Origin: Copranaerobaculum intestinale
GTDB lineage: Bacteria > Bacillota_I > Bacilli_A > Erysipelotrichales > Erysipelotrichaceae
Assembly: GCF_009831105.1 (NCBI RefSeq)
Contig: NZ_WUUQ01000006.1
Span: 62,659-94,658 of the forward strand
DNA: 32,000 nucleotides
Reading direction: 5' to 3'
Positions 1 to 9,619 of this stretch are shown here, one piece after another. The translations under genes were made by a program, and so were the position numbers. Position 1 is the first letter of the stretch. Each line of letters starts with the position of its first letter. The notes below the pieces were generated by a model that was not told the origin of the DNA, ran no database searches, and was given only the letters and a program-made list of their open reading frames with translations.

Positions 1-1
1 T

Positions 2-547
2 GTTGCGCTCGGATCCGCACTTATCATGATTGTATCAAAATATGGTTTTTCCGATATTTTAGGACTAAAAGGAATAGCGTTGGATCCGTCCCGTATTGCG
101 GCTCAAATCGTTACGGGGGTGGGCTTCTTAGGTGCCGGTATTATCTTTGTCCGACATGAAACAATAAATGGATTAACCACTGCGGCTGGTATCTGGGCGA
201 CTGCCGGGGTTGGTATGGCGATCGGTGCGGGACTATACAGCCTTGGTATTGCCACGGCAGTGGTTATCATTCTGGTTCAGATTATCTTGCACCGACAATT
301 CAAGTGGCTGCAGGAACCGATCATCAATCAGATTACCATTCAGATTCAGGATGAACCGCATGTCCTCAGTCAGATTAAACAGATGTTTGAGGAAAACGGA
401 TTTACGATCGAGCATATGAAAGCTTCCAAGGGTGATGGTGATGACCTCACTGTCAAGATGACAATTATATACCCCTTAGGTAAGCATGATCAGGATTTAC
501 TGGATATGATTCATCAGGACAAAGCGATTCACGTCTTGGAATTCTAG
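2..547 (+). CDS. mgtC: MgtC/SapB family membrane protein (N-terminus cut off by window edge)
   Basis: The frame is open from nt 2 (VALGSALIM...), so the listed ATG at 26 is internal. The hydrophobic core GVGFLGAGIIF / AAGIWATAGVGMAIGAG is typical of the MgtC family and is followed by a soluble C-terminal domain of about 90 aa. Stop TAG at 545-547. Confidence 0.8.
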   Translation, partial: VALGSALIMIVSKYGFSDILGLKGIALDPSRIAAQIVTGVGFLGAGIIFVRHETINGLTTAAGIWATAGVGMAIGAGLYSLGIATAVVIILVQIILHRQFKWLQEPIINQITIQIQDEPHVLSQIKQMFEENGFTIEHMKASKGDGDDLTVKMTIIYPLGKHDQDLLDMIHQDKAIHVLEF

Positions 548-853
548 TGTTTTTAATAGGGATATGTAACCATAAAAATATAATGAAAATTGGGACAGCG
601 ATTTTATCATAATTGCTTTTCTGCTTAGATCTGTATCATCACCGTATTATGTGTTTTATGCATGTGATGAGAAGCGTGCAGGTTGATGATACATGATAAA
701 AACTAAAAAGTGTGAGTAATGTTAGTATATCAATAGCATGAAATTTAACAGCTGGGAAGGGAATAGTCCTTATTCATTACCAAACACAGAGCGTAAGCAG
801 ATGATACTTTAAAAGTGGATGCCGGAATTGCATACGGATATGTAAGAAACTGC

Positions 854-878
854 AAGGGCGTGTGATCACGCTCTTTTT
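854..878 (+). terminator. Intrinsic-terminator-like hairpin inside the ~550-bp mgtC/ABC intergenic region
   Basis: AAGGGCGTG-tgat-CACGCTCTT gives a 9-bp GC-rich stem (one G.U pair) and a 4-nt loop, running into TTTTT (874-878). It lies about 300 nt after the mgtC stop and about 220 nt before the ABC start. Confidence 0.5.
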
Positions 879-1099
879 ATATGGAAGGATTTGATGAAAG
901 ATTTCATACATAAAGGTTAGTTGGTAAAAAATAAATATAATACTTGCAATCACAATCTAAAAAGTATAAAAAAACCAATGATAGCTTAGATTAGGCAGGG
1001 TAGTGATCAGATGCTTACAATCATAAAAAAGGCATATGATAACGTTTAACAAAACCCTTTGATTATGGTAAACTTATTTAAATGACGGGAGGGATAGCA

Positions 1100-2821
1100 A
1101 TGGTAAAACGTTTTATTTCGTATTATAAACCGCATATGCGTCTGTTCATCTTGGACATGGCAGCCGCTTTTTTTATTGCGGTAGGGGATTTGTTTTATCC
1201 AATTATTACCCGGGACATGTTAAATATTTACATTCCGCGGAAAGAGATTCAACTGTTAATTGTATGGAGTATTGTGCTGCTGGTCGTTTATCTGATAAAA
1301 ATGGTGCTGAATTATTTTGTGCAGTATTATGGACATCTGGTAGGTGTCTATATGCAAGCGGATATGCGCCGTCAGATGTTTAGGCGGCTTCAAAAGCTTC
1401 CGTTCAGTTATTTTGATGAACATGAAACAGGACAGATCATGTCGAGAATGGTGAATGATTTAATGGATATAGCAGAGCTTGCTCATCATGGCCCGGAGGA
1501 TTTATTTATTTCCATTGTTATGATCATCGGAGCATTCTTCTATTTGTGCACGATCAATATACCATTAACCGTAATTATCTTTATCTTTATTCCGATACTG
1601 GTCTATTTTAGTATTCGCATGCGAACCAGAATGTCTGAGGCATTCACCGAGAGCCGAGTAAAGGTAGCCATGATCAATGCCAATCTGGAAAACAGTATAT
1701 CCGGGATTCGCGTATCAAAAGCTTTTACGAATGGTATATATGAAGAGGAAAAGTTTCAGAAGGGAAATCATGCCTTTATCAAGGCGAGAGAAAAAGCGTA
1801 TAAAGCAATGGGACAATTTTTCAGCGGAACCGGCTTTATCATGGATTTACTGAATGTAGTTGTTTTGGTAGCAGGCGGTATTTATACCTATTACGGTCAG
1901 ATCAATTATGGAGATTTGGTAGCTTATATGTTGTTTATCAATATGTTTATCAATCCGATCAAAAAGCTGATCAATTTTATGGAAATGTTCCAGGAAGGCA
2001 TGACCGGCTTTAAGCGTTTCTGTGAGCTTGTCGATGAACCGATTGAAGAAGAACAGCCCGATGCGGTGGAACTCAAAAATGTCCAGGGAGAGATTGTGTT
2101 CGATCATGTAAGCTTTACATATACAGACGGCAAAGAAGTATTGCACGATGTGAATCTGCATATTCGGAAGGGGGAAAAGCTCGCCCTGGTAGGACCAAGC
2201 GGCGGTGGAAAAACAACTATTTGTCATTTGATTCCGCATTTCTATACCCTGGACAGTGGGATGATTTCGATTGACGGTACACCGATCAAAGATATCCGTT
2301 TTGAAAGCTTGAGAAAAAACATCGGCATCGTTCAGCAGGATGTATTCCTCTTTGGTGGATCAATCCGTGATAATATAGCTTATGGAGATCTATCAGCGGG
2401 TGATGATGCCATCATGGAAGCCGCAAAACGGGCCAATATCCATGATTACATTATGAGCCTTCCAGAAGGTTATCATACCAACATCGGAGAACGCGGTGTG
2501 AAATTATCGGGCGGTCAAAAACAGCGTCTGTCGATTGCCAGGGTGTTTCTGAAGGATCCGGCTATTTTGATTTTGGATGAAGCAACCAGTGCTTTAGATA
2601 ATACGACGGAGCTATTGATTCAGGAAGCGCTGGATGAATTATGCAAAGGACGTACGACCTTAATTGTGGCGCATCGTTTATCAACGATAAAAAATGCGGA
2701 CACGATCGTTGTGATTACCCACGGACAAATTGATGAAATCGGCACCCATGAGGAATTGCTTAAAAAAGATGGTTTATATACAAAGCTGTATAACAGTCAA
2801 TTTAAGACGATGGACGATTAG
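1100..2821 (+). CDS. ABC transporter, fused permease/ATP-binding protein (type I exporter, MsbA/MdlB-like)
   Basis: N-terminal six-helix hydrophobic domain, then Walker A GPSGGGKT, signature LSGGQKQR, Walker B ILILDEATS and H-loop AHRL. I prefer the ATG at 1100 (MVKRF...) because GGGAGGG sits 6 nt upstream; the ORF-track ATG at 1082 has no SD. Confidence 0.9.
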   Translation: MVKRFISYYKPHMRLFILDMAAAFFIAVGDLFYPIITRDMLNIYIPRKEIQLLIVWSIVLLVVYLIKMVLNYFVQYYGHLVGVYMQADMRRQMFRRLQKLPFSYFDEHETGQIMSRMVNDLMDIAELAHHGPEDLFISIVMIIGAFFYLCTINIPLTVIIFIFIPILVYFSIRMRTRMSEAFTESRVKVAMINANLENSISGIRVSKAFTNGIYEEEKFQKGNHAFIKAREKAYKAMGQFFSGTGFIMDLLNVVVLVAGGIYTYYGQINYGDLVAYMLFINMFINPIKKLINFMEMFQEGMTGFKRFCELVDEPIEEEQPDAVELKNVQGEIVFDHVSFTYTDGKEVLHDVNLHIRKGEKLALVGPSGGGKTTICHLIPHFYTLDSGMISIDGTPIKDIRFESLRKNIGIVQQDVFLFGGSIRDNIAYGDLSAGDDAIMEAAKRANIHDYIMSLPEGYHTNIGERGVKLSGGQKQRLSIARVFLKDPAILILDEATSALDNTTELLIQEALDELCKGRTTLIVAHRLSTIKNADTIVVITHGQIDEIGTHEELLKKDGLYTKLYNSQFKTMDD

Positions 2822-2964
2822 CAGAGAACGGCTATGAAATGTGTAATTTCAAGCAAGACTTTGATAACCGGTAAATGACTGACTGCATTACTGATGAAAT
2901 TTATTATCGGCAGCTGAATGACATGTATTCTATTTATTTTTGATCAATTATCATAAATATGAAT

Positions 2965-3046
2965 AAAAAAGAATGCCAATAACATGCGCCTCCGTTTATT
3001 GTTGTCCAACTTACGGGGTGCACTTCATAATGGCATTCTTTTTTTA
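2965..3046. terminator. Compound hairpin between convergent genes (possible bidirectional terminator)
   Basis: AAAAAAGAATGCCA (2965-2978) pairs with TGGCATTCTTTTTT (3031-3044). The 52-nt interior folds partly on itself (GCGCCTCCGT...ACGGGGTGC). An A-run lies on one side and a T-run on the other. The hairpin overlaps the cyclodeaminase stop codon. Confidence 0.45.
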
Positions 3047-3679
3047 TAAATACTTTTCGGCTTCCCGAAGCAGCAGCGTTTTCCAGCTTTCACTTTTTGA
3101 GAGCTGTTCCTCCATCCGCTTTTGCCAAGCAGTACGCAAGGCATCATCCTGTAAAGAGGACAGGTTGATCCGTACATTGTATCCTGCGCTTTTTACCGCA
3201 GTATCCAGCATTAGGACACCGACTGCAATGTCAGATACGGCATTTTTATTTCCGAAAGGAATGATGTCCATAAACGTACTCATGATTTCGGTACTCAGTT
3301 CCATGATGTGATAGGGAGATTCAATTGCCGTAATGGTAGCTTTCTGCATTGCTTCACTGCGGGCAGTCCTTTGTTCATCACTATCTTTAGGCATATGAAT
3401 AGCTTCCATAACCGTATTATACGCTTCACTGTCTTGATCGATTGCTTCCAGCAGTTCACTGCGTTTGGCTTCCATCATTTGAAAAGTCCGCAGAAACTGT
3501 ATCTGTACTGTCTCATCCAAGTCTTTAAAGCGTTTTTTGGAAATTGATAAATGCGCATACATGCGGCTCAATGCAACTCCCAGCGAACCGCATAATGCGG
3601 CAACACTGCCGCCGCCGGGGGCAGGGGAAGGGCTGTCCACTTCATTTAAAAAGTCAATTATTTTCATTTCCTGATACAT
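3044..3679 (-). CDS. Formimidoyltetrahydrofolate cyclodeaminase (FTCD C-terminal-domain family / cyclodeaminase-cyclohydrolase)
   Basis: FLNEVDSPSPAPGGGSVAALCGSLGVALSRMY is the hallmark N-terminal motif of the family. It is the last gene of the hut operon. Start is ambiguous: the ATG at 3679 (MYQEMKII...) has GAAAGG 9 nt upstream and follows the hutI stop by 1 nt; the ORF track's ATG at 3700 is the alternative. Confidence 0.85.
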   Translation of the reverse strand: MYQEMKIIDFLNEVDSPSPAPGGGSVAALCGSLGVALSRMYAHLSISKKRFKDLDETVQIQFLRTFQMMEAKRSELLEAIDQDSEAYNTVMEAIHMPKDSDEQRTARSEAMQKATITAIESPYHIMELSTEIMSTFMDIIPFGNKNAVSDIAVGVLMLDTAVKSAGYNVRINLSSLQDDALRTAWQKRMEEQLSKSESWKTLLLREAEKYL

Positions 3680-3680
3680 A

Positions 3681-4901
3681 TTACACAACCTTTCGTCCAT
3701 TCTTATATACCTGAGTTATCGGATTTTTCTGCATGTTTGCGATCACTTCATCAAAGCTGGCGACGTTCATAACGATAAAGTCAGCCTGCTTGCCAACCTC
3801 CAGTGAACCGATTTCATGATCGCGGTCAACTGCTTTGGCGGCATTGATCGTAGCCATGCTGAGTACTTCGTTCGGCGTTAGCTTATAACCGCGGCTGGCG
3901 ATTCTAAGCATCCATAGAAAGTCACTGCATGGGCAGGAACCGGGATTATAATCTGTGGCAACCGCGAGGGTAACACCATGCTTCAGCATCATTTTTGCGC
4001 GGGCATATGCGCTGCCCAAGTTAAAAGAGGTAGCAGGCAGCAGTACTGCCATTATATCATGAGCCGCTAGCTTATCACTGTCCGCTTCTGTGGTTACCAT
4101 ACAATGCTCCACACTGACAGCGCCCAGTTCACAGGCAACATCAACACCGCCGATGGATGCGATCTCATCGACATGAATTTTGATCTTTAATCCGGCGTCT
4201 TTGCCGATCTGTAAAATTTCTTTGGCTTCTTCAGCATTAAATACACCGGTTTCCAGAAAACAATCCATATATTCAGCCAGATGGTGTTCCATAACATAGG
4301 GAAGTACTTCATTCTTCTGATAGGTAAAGAAGGCATGCGCATCAGGATAATTTTTAGGGCGGGCATGCGCGGGAAGAAATGAAGAAATAAGCGTGATCGG
4401 TGTGTCCTTCTGCAGCTCCTTCACCACTTCCAGCTGTTTGATTTCCGTATCTCTATCCAAGCCGTAGCCGCTTTTTGCTTCCAGGGTCGTTACACCGCAC
4501 GTCAGCATATAATCCAGTGTAGCTTTGGCCTTGTTATATAATTCTTCAAACGTGGCTTTGCGGGTTGCTTCCACTGTGGCATGAATCCCGCCGCCGGCCT
4601 GTAAGATATCCAAATAGGCAACTCCGGCCATTTTTTTCCGATATTCATTGCTTCGATCTCCGCCGTATACCAAATGGGTATGCGCATCTATAAAACCGGG
4701 CAATACGATCTGGTTATTACAGTCGATGATTTCTCCGTCGACGAATGGTGCTTTGCCTGTGCCGATTTCTTGAACCCGCCCATCCGCTACGATCATCCAA
4801 GCATGTTCAATGATCGATGCATCATCCAGCCGGTCTTTTTTACGGACGCCGCCGGCCATGGTATACAGCTTGGCGATATTGGTAAACAGTTTAATGGACA
4901 T
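3681..4901 (-). CDS. hutI: Imidazolonepropionase
   Basis: Amidohydrolase-fold signature GFIDAHTHLVYGGDRSNEY plus the later HVDE and ATDYNPGS motifs. The ORF-track start at 4910 is a TTG. The ATG at 4901 (MSIKLF...) has AAGGTGA 9 nt upstream. It overlaps the upstream gene's stop by 11 nt. Confidence 0.92.
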   Translation of the reverse strand: MSIKLFTNIAKLYTMAGGVRKKDRLDDASIIEHAWMIVADGRVQEIGTGKAPFVDGEIIDCNNQIVLPGFIDAHTHLVYGGDRSNEYRKKMAGVAYLDILQAGGGIHATVEATRKATFEELYNKAKATLDYMLTCGVTTLEAKSGYGLDRDTEIKQLEVVKELQKDTPITLISSFLPAHARPKNYPDAHAFFTYQKNEVLPYVMEHHLAEYMDCFLETGVFNAEEAKEILQIGKDAGLKIKIHVDEIASIGGVDVACELGAVSVEHCMVTTEADSDKLAAHDIMAVLLPATSFNLGSAYARAKMMLKHGVTLAVATDYNPGSCPCSDFLWMLRIASRGYKLTPNEVLSMATINAAKAVDRDHEIGSLEVGKQADFIVMNVASFDEVIANMQKNPITQVYKNGRKVV

Positions 4902-5850
4902 GGTACTCAATCACCTTGGAAGCGTCAAAATCATGAAGCTTCAGCTGTTCACTTACATAAGCGACAAGCTCTTCCAAATTCAATGTCACCTCAGCTTTGG
5001 AAGCGACATGAAGATAGTAAGCGGCAATATCCTTTAAACAATCCACGGATACAAGGCCGATGAATTCAGAACCAATCACTTTTACATCATAGCGCTTTGC
5101 TTCCATCTTAACGGCTTCAAAGGCACGGTATACGCTGGTTTTGGTAAAATCGGTTACATTCATGGTCACCTGAACGATTCCTTTATCTTCCAGGGTAACG
5201 GGTCCCGCCTGAATACAGCGGTATCCGCCGCCTGAGTAACGAACCATGCGGGCAATTGCGGCCGCGATCTTACGGTTATCCGTATTCAGATCAATATTAA
5301 AAGCAATTAATAGCGGACGGCATCCTACTGCGGTTACCCCGGCTGTGGGATGCACGGCAGTTCCAAAATCCGGCTTCCAATACGGATCCTTCAATTTTTC
5401 TGCCATACCTTCAAATTCACCCTTGCGGATATCCGGCAAGCTGGCGCATTGTTCACGCTTTGCGGAAAGCGAATACAGGAAAACCGGAATATCGGTTGCT
5501 TCATGAAGCTCTTTGGCGCATTCTTCACTCAGCGCAACGGCTTCCTCAACTGTCATATCCTGAATTGGTATGAATGGCACCACATCAATCGCGCCCATTC
5601 GTTTGTGTTCCCCATGGTGTTTTCGCATGTCAATGCATTCCACCGCGATTTTAGCGGATTCTACCATTGCGGCTTTAACCGCCTGCGGTTCTCCGATTAC
5701 TGTTACCACAGTGCGGTTGTAGCTGGTATCACCTTCGACATTTACCAGGTGTACGCCCTTGGTTGTCTGAAAGGGTAAGGTAATTTGTTCCATCGCGGCA
5801 GGATTGCCGCTGATGGAGTAATTTGGCACACATTCTACGATCTTAGTCAT
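4891..5850 (-). CDS. ftcD: Glutamate formimidoyltransferase (FTCD N-terminal-domain type)
   Basis: Begins MTKIVECVPNYSISG, matching the ECVPNxSEG-type N-terminus of formiminotransferases. About 319 aa. AAGGAG lies 8 nt before the ATG. Sits between hutU and hutI. Confidence 0.88.
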   Translation of the reverse strand: MTKIVECVPNYSISGNPAAMEQITLPFQTTKGVHLVNVEGDTSYNRTVVTVIGEPQAVKAAMVESAKIAVECIDMRKHHGEHKRMGAIDVVPFIPIQDMTVEEAVALSEECAKELHEATDIPVFLYSLSAKREQCASLPDIRKGEFEGMAEKLKDPYWKPDFGTAVHPTAGVTAVGCRPLLIAFNIDLNTDNRKIAAAIARMVRYSGGGYRCIQAGPVTLEDKGIVQVTMNVTDFTKTSVYRAFEAVKMEAKRYDVKVIGSEFIGLVSVDCLKDIAAYYLHVASKAEVTLNLEELVAYVSEQLKLHDFDASKVIEYHVH

Positions 5851-7831
5851 GATTCAGCTCCTTATCTACCAATGCTTGAATCATATCCATATCTGCAAGA
5901 TAAGGCATGGTGATGCTGTCGGTATCTTTCATTGTTTCATTATAGCGGGCTGCTGTTTCTATAGAGTGATCATTGCCGGCCCAGCTGCGCCGAGCAACCC
6001 CGCCCATGACATCCCAAAGCATGGAGTTCCTTAAAATTTCATCTACGCGTTCACTGCCGTCAAGCACTAAGCCGAAGCCGCCATTGATCGCTTTACCGAT
6101 GCCGACACCGCCGCCGTTATGCAAAGCACATAAAGACATGCCGCGGGCCGCATTGCCGGCGAAACACTGGGTAGCCATATCGGCCATGAACTGTGAACCG
6201 TCTTTGATGTTGGAGGTTTCGCGGAATGGCGAATCCGTACCGGACACATCGTGATGATCACGACCCATCATGATCGGGCCGACAATTCCTTTACGAACCA
6301 TATCATTGAATTTTAAACCGATGTTTAAACGTCCGAAAGCATCCTGATATAGAATGCGGGCCTGCGTTCCGACCACCAGTTTATTGGCTTTGGCATCCTT
6401 GATCCATTTCCAGTTATCATAGTCCTGGAAGCGGCGATCCTTATCAATGCAGTCCATTGCCGCCTGATCGGTTAGATCGAGGTCTTTTGGCTCACCGGAC
6501 AGACATACCCAGCGGAACGGGCCATAGCCATAATCAAACAGTTCCGGTCCCAAAATATCTTCTACATAGGAAGGGAAGATAAAACCGTCTTTGTCATCTA
6601 AGCCATTTTTACTGATTTCTTTTATCCCGCTGTCAAATACAGCTTTCATGAAGCTGTTGCCGTAATCAAAGAAGTAGGTTCCCTGTTCATGAAGCTTACA
6701 TATGCATGCAAAGTGTTTGCGAAGCGATGCGTCAACCAGACTGCGGAATGTATCGTGATCATTTTTTAAAAGCTCAGTACGTGTCGCAAAATCAATACCA
6801 ACTGGACAGTAGCCGCCTTCATAGGCTTCATGGCAGGAGGTCTGATCGGACAAGATGTCAATTTTGATGTTATGATCGATCGCATAGCTCAGCAGATCAA
6901 CGATATTGCCATGGAACGCAATCGCACAGGCGCGTTTTTCTGCCTGACATTTGTGAGCCAGATCAAAGGCATCCTGTTCACTTTCTACAACCTCATCAAC
7001 CCAGCCCTGTGAATGACGGGTTTCAATCCGTGAACTGTCAACCTCCGCAACAATCGCAACGCCGTTCGCAATCTTCGCCGCTTTGCCCTGAGCGCCGGAC
7101 ATGCCGCCTAAACCGGAGGATACAAACAGCATATGTTCCATATCATTTTGTCCCGGATGAAGCATTCGTGCGGCGTTCAACAATGTGTTGTATGTGCCAT
7201 GAACGATACCCTGCGGTCCGATATACATCCAGCCGCCGGCGGTCATTTGGCCATAATTTGCCACGCCTAATGCCGCGAAGCGCTTGAAATCTTCCAAATT
7301 ATCAGCTTCTCCGACCATTAATGCATTGGTAATGATAACGCGGGGGGCATGCTTTTGAGAATGAAACAGTCCCAACGGATGACCGGATTCCATAACTAAG
7401 GTTTGCGTATCGGTTAATTGTTCAAGATATTTTTTGATTAAGCGATACTGCATCCAGTTTTGACAAACCTGTCCGGTTTCTCCATATGTTACCAGTTCAT
7501 AAGGATACAGAGCAGTTTCAAAATCGAGATTGTTGTCAATCATGACCTGAAAGGCTTTGCCCTCAATGCAGTTTCCTTTGTATGAATCAATGCTCTTACC
7601 GTAAATTCTTCCTTCCGGACGGAAACGATATCCATAGATACGGCCGCGTGTCATCAGTTCATCTAAAAATTCCGGTGCCAGCTCTTCGTGATATTCTTTC
7701 GGAATATAGCGCAGGGCATTGCGCAAGGCGAGAGCGATATCGGCTTTGGATAATTTTGCTTCCCGTTTAGGGGCACGGCGGATGCCTTCGACAAAGGCCG
7801 GGGTCGATTTTGGAATTTCCGTTAAAATCAT
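5843..7831 (-). CDS. hutU: Urocanate hydratase (long, ~660-aa form)
   Basis: Recognisable urocanase sequence throughout (GGMSGAQ NAD-binding motif, GRDHHDVSGTDSPFRET). AAGGAGG lies upstream. Separated from the hutH stop by 3 nt. Confidence 0.95.
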   Translation of the reverse strand: MILTEIPKSTPAFVEGIRRAPKREAKLSKADIALALRNALRYIPKEYHEELAPEFLDELMTRGRIYGYRFRPEGRIYGKSIDSYKGNCIEGKAFQVMIDNNLDFETALYPYELVTYGETGQVCQNWMQYRLIKKYLEQLTDTQTLVMESGHPLGLFHSQKHAPRVIITNALMVGEADNLEDFKRFAALGVANYGQMTAGGWMYIGPQGIVHGTYNTLLNAARMLHPGQNDMEHMLFVSSGLGGMSGAQGKAAKIANGVAIVAEVDSSRIETRHSQGWVDEVVESEQDAFDLAHKCQAEKRACAIAFHGNIVDLLSYAIDHNIKIDILSDQTSCHEAYEGGYCPVGIDFATRTELLKNDHDTFRSLVDASLRKHFACICKLHEQGTYFFDYGNSFMKAVFDSGIKEISKNGLDDKDGFIFPSYVEDILGPELFDYGYGPFRWVCLSGEPKDLDLTDQAAMDCIDKDRRFQDYDNWKWIKDAKANKLVVGTQARILYQDAFGRLNIGLKFNDMVRKGIVGPIMMGRDHHDVSGTDSPFRETSNIKDGSQFMADMATQCFAGNAARGMSLCALHNGGGVGIGKAINGGFGLVLDGSERVDEILRNSMLWDVMGGVARRSWAGNDHSIETAARYNETMKDTDSITMPYLADMDMIQALVDKELNHD

Positions 7832-7834
7832 AGG

Positions 7835-9364
7835 TTATACCTCCTTTAATGTACAAGTATGTTCAACTGCCGCTAACAGGGATCCGTCATGGATCATGTC
7901 GGCAATCTGATGAATAAATGGATAGAATACCGTATCCTCTTCAAAGAACGGCACGGCCTTGCGAATGGTTTCGTAGGCTGGCTGAGTACCTTTTCCGAGT
8001 TTTCCGTTTTCCTGCAAATCAATAGCCTGAGTACTGCACAGCATTTCCATTGCCAATACATCCTGAGTATTTTTCAGAATATCTTGCGCTTTGCGGGCAG
8101 CGATCGTTCCCATTGATACATGATCTTCCTGATTAGCACTGGATGGAATGGAATCCACACTGGCCGGATGGGCGAGCACCTTGTTTTCAGAAACCAATGC
8201 CGCAGCCGCATACTGAACGATCATAAAGCCGGAGTTCAGGCCGCCCTTCGGCGTTAAGAAAGCGGGAAGATCATTGTTGAGCGCCGGATTGACCAAACGT
8301 TCCACACGGCGTTCTGCAATATTCGCCAGCTCGCTGATCGCAATGCCTAAATAATCAAATGCCATCGCAACACTTTCGCCGTGGAAGTTGCCTCCGGATA
8401 TCGCGTATTCATCTTCCACAAACAAAATGGGATTATCGGTTACGGAGTTGATCTCAATTTCCAGCTTTTCAACGACATGGCGGATTGCATCCTTGCAGGC
8501 ACCGTGTACCTGTGGCGCACAGCGAAGTACATAAGCATCCTGTACGCGTTTCTCTCCTTGATTGGTAATGCGTTCACTGCCGTCCAATAAATCTCTTACG
8601 TTATCCGCGGTGTGAATCTGCCCGCTATGCGGACGCACCGCGTGGACTCTTGCATCAAAGGCATCACGGATGCCTTCCAGCGCCTCCATGCTTAATGCCA
8701 CCGATACATCGGCTAGCTTACTAGCCTGCAGTGCATCATAAGCGGTGATACAGCCAACTGCACACATAGCCTGCGTGCCATTGATCAGCGATAATCCCTC
8801 TTTGGCGCTTAATACGACCGGTTTGATGCCTGCCGCTTCCATCGCTGCTTTTGAAGGCACCCTTTTTCCGTTCAGGAATGCTTCCCCTTCACCAATTAAA
8901 GTGAGCGCCATATGGGCAAGCGGACATAGGTCGCCGGACGCGCCCAAGCTGCCTTTCTCATATACCAAAGGATATACATCACGGTTCAGCATATTCACCA
9001 GGGTTTCTAAGGTGGAAAGCCGAATTCCGGAGAATCCTTGTGAAAGTGAGTTGATCCGCAGCAGCATCATCGCTCTTACGATTTCTTCGCTGAAGGGATC
9101 ACCGACCCCAACCGCATGCGACATAATCAAATTGCGCTGCAGTTCTCCGGTTTCTTCTTTTGATATCAATGTATCGGAAAATTTACCGAAACCGGTTGTG
9201 ATTCCATAACTTACCTTGCCCTGTTCGACAAAGTCTTTTACCATTTGTTCCGCCTTGCGGATTTTTTCTTTTGCCTCATCGGATAAGGCAATTCTGCGGC
9301 GATTTCTCGCTACGTCAATTACATCATCCAAAACCAGATGATGACCGTCTATCATCAATTCCAT
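7835..9364 (-). CDS. hutH: Histidine ammonia-lyase
   Basis: The MIO-forming triad Ala-Ser-Gly is present in GSLGASGDLCPLAHM, with aromatic-amino-acid-lyase family sequence throughout. I prefer the ATG at 9364 (MELMIDGHH...) because AAAGGAG sits 7 nt upstream. The ORF-track start at 9427 adds 21 unlikely residues. Confidence 0.95.
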   Translation of the reverse strand: MELMIDGHHLVLDDVIDVARNRRRIALSDEAKEKIRKAEQMVKDFVEQGKVSYGITTGFGKFSDTLISKEETGELQRNLIMSHAVGVGDPFSEEIVRAMMLLRINSLSQGFSGIRLSTLETLVNMLNRDVYPLVYEKGSLGASGDLCPLAHMALTLIGEGEAFLNGKRVPSKAAMEAAGIKPVVLSAKEGLSLINGTQAMCAVGCITAYDALQASKLADVSVALSMEALEGIRDAFDARVHAVRPHSGQIHTADNVRDLLDGSERITNQGEKRVQDAYVLRCAPQVHGACKDAIRHVVEKLEIEINSVTDNPILFVEDEYAISGGNFHGESVAMAFDYLGIAISELANIAERRVERLVNPALNNDLPAFLTPKGGLNSGFMIVQYAAAALVSENKVLAHPASVDSIPSSANQEDHVSMGTIAARKAQDILKNTQDVLAMEMLCSTQAIDLQENGKLGKGTQPAYETIRKAVPFFEEDTVFYPFIHQIADMIHDGSLLAAVEHTCTLKEV

Positions 9365-9386
9365 AATATCAGCTCCTTTAGCTTTT

Positions 9387-9416
9387 ATTATACTTGTTTT
9401 TAGGCCGGATTGACAG
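9387..9416 (-). promoter_or_regulatory. Candidate sigmaA promoter of the hut operon
   Basis: On the minus strand: CTGTCA, 18 nt, TATAAT (plus-strand ATTATA at 9387-9392, TGACAG at 9411-9416). The -10 element is about 25 nt upstream of the hutH ATG. Confidence 0.35.
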
Positions 9417-9452
9417 TGGGAAACCACAGGAAAATCACTGCGAATTTACGGG

Positions 9453-9467
9453 ATCATAAATTATGAT
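9453..9467. promoter_or_regulatory. Perfect 7-1-7 palindrome ATCATAA-A-TTATGAT (candidate operator)
   Basis: Read directly from the sequence. Located in the 280-bp divergent hutH/GRE control region. The core CATAAATTATGA recurs at 9571-9582. Confidence 0.4.
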
Positions 9468-9570
9468 AAAAATTTTGTATTTAAGTGTTCATTTATGTTC
9501 GATTTGCGGATTTATGTGGTCTGTAATCAAATTATTTTGTCATATATATGTTCGGTTTCATAGGATAACA

Positions 9571-9619
9571 CATAAATTATGAATGCCTATTGACGGTAAA
9601 TGTTTGATTGTGTTACTTT
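9571..9619 (+). promoter_or_regulatory. Second CATAAATTATGA motif abutting a weak sigmaA-like promoter for the GRE operon
   Basis: CATAAATTATGA (9571-9582) lies 8 nt upstream of TTGACG (9590-9595). After an 18-nt spacer comes TG-n-TACTTT (9611-9619), a poor -10 with 3 of 6 matches. No GG-N10-GC sigma54 element is present in 9365-9644. Confidence 0.3.

Noticed and set aside
1847-2239. 130-aa minus-strand ORF inside the ABC transporter gene
   Set aside because: It is an antisense shadow of a well-supported gene, with no SD and a junk-like composition. The same judgement applies to the other listed ORFs that lie antisense or out of frame inside well-supported genes across the window, for example 5350-5778, 8745-9209, 9654-9968, 17206-17694 and 30926-31330.
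2973-3311. 112-aa plus-strand ORF starting in the ABC/cyclodeaminase intergenic hairpin
   Set aside because: It runs antisense through the cyclodeaminase gene, and its 5' end lies inside the terminator structure.
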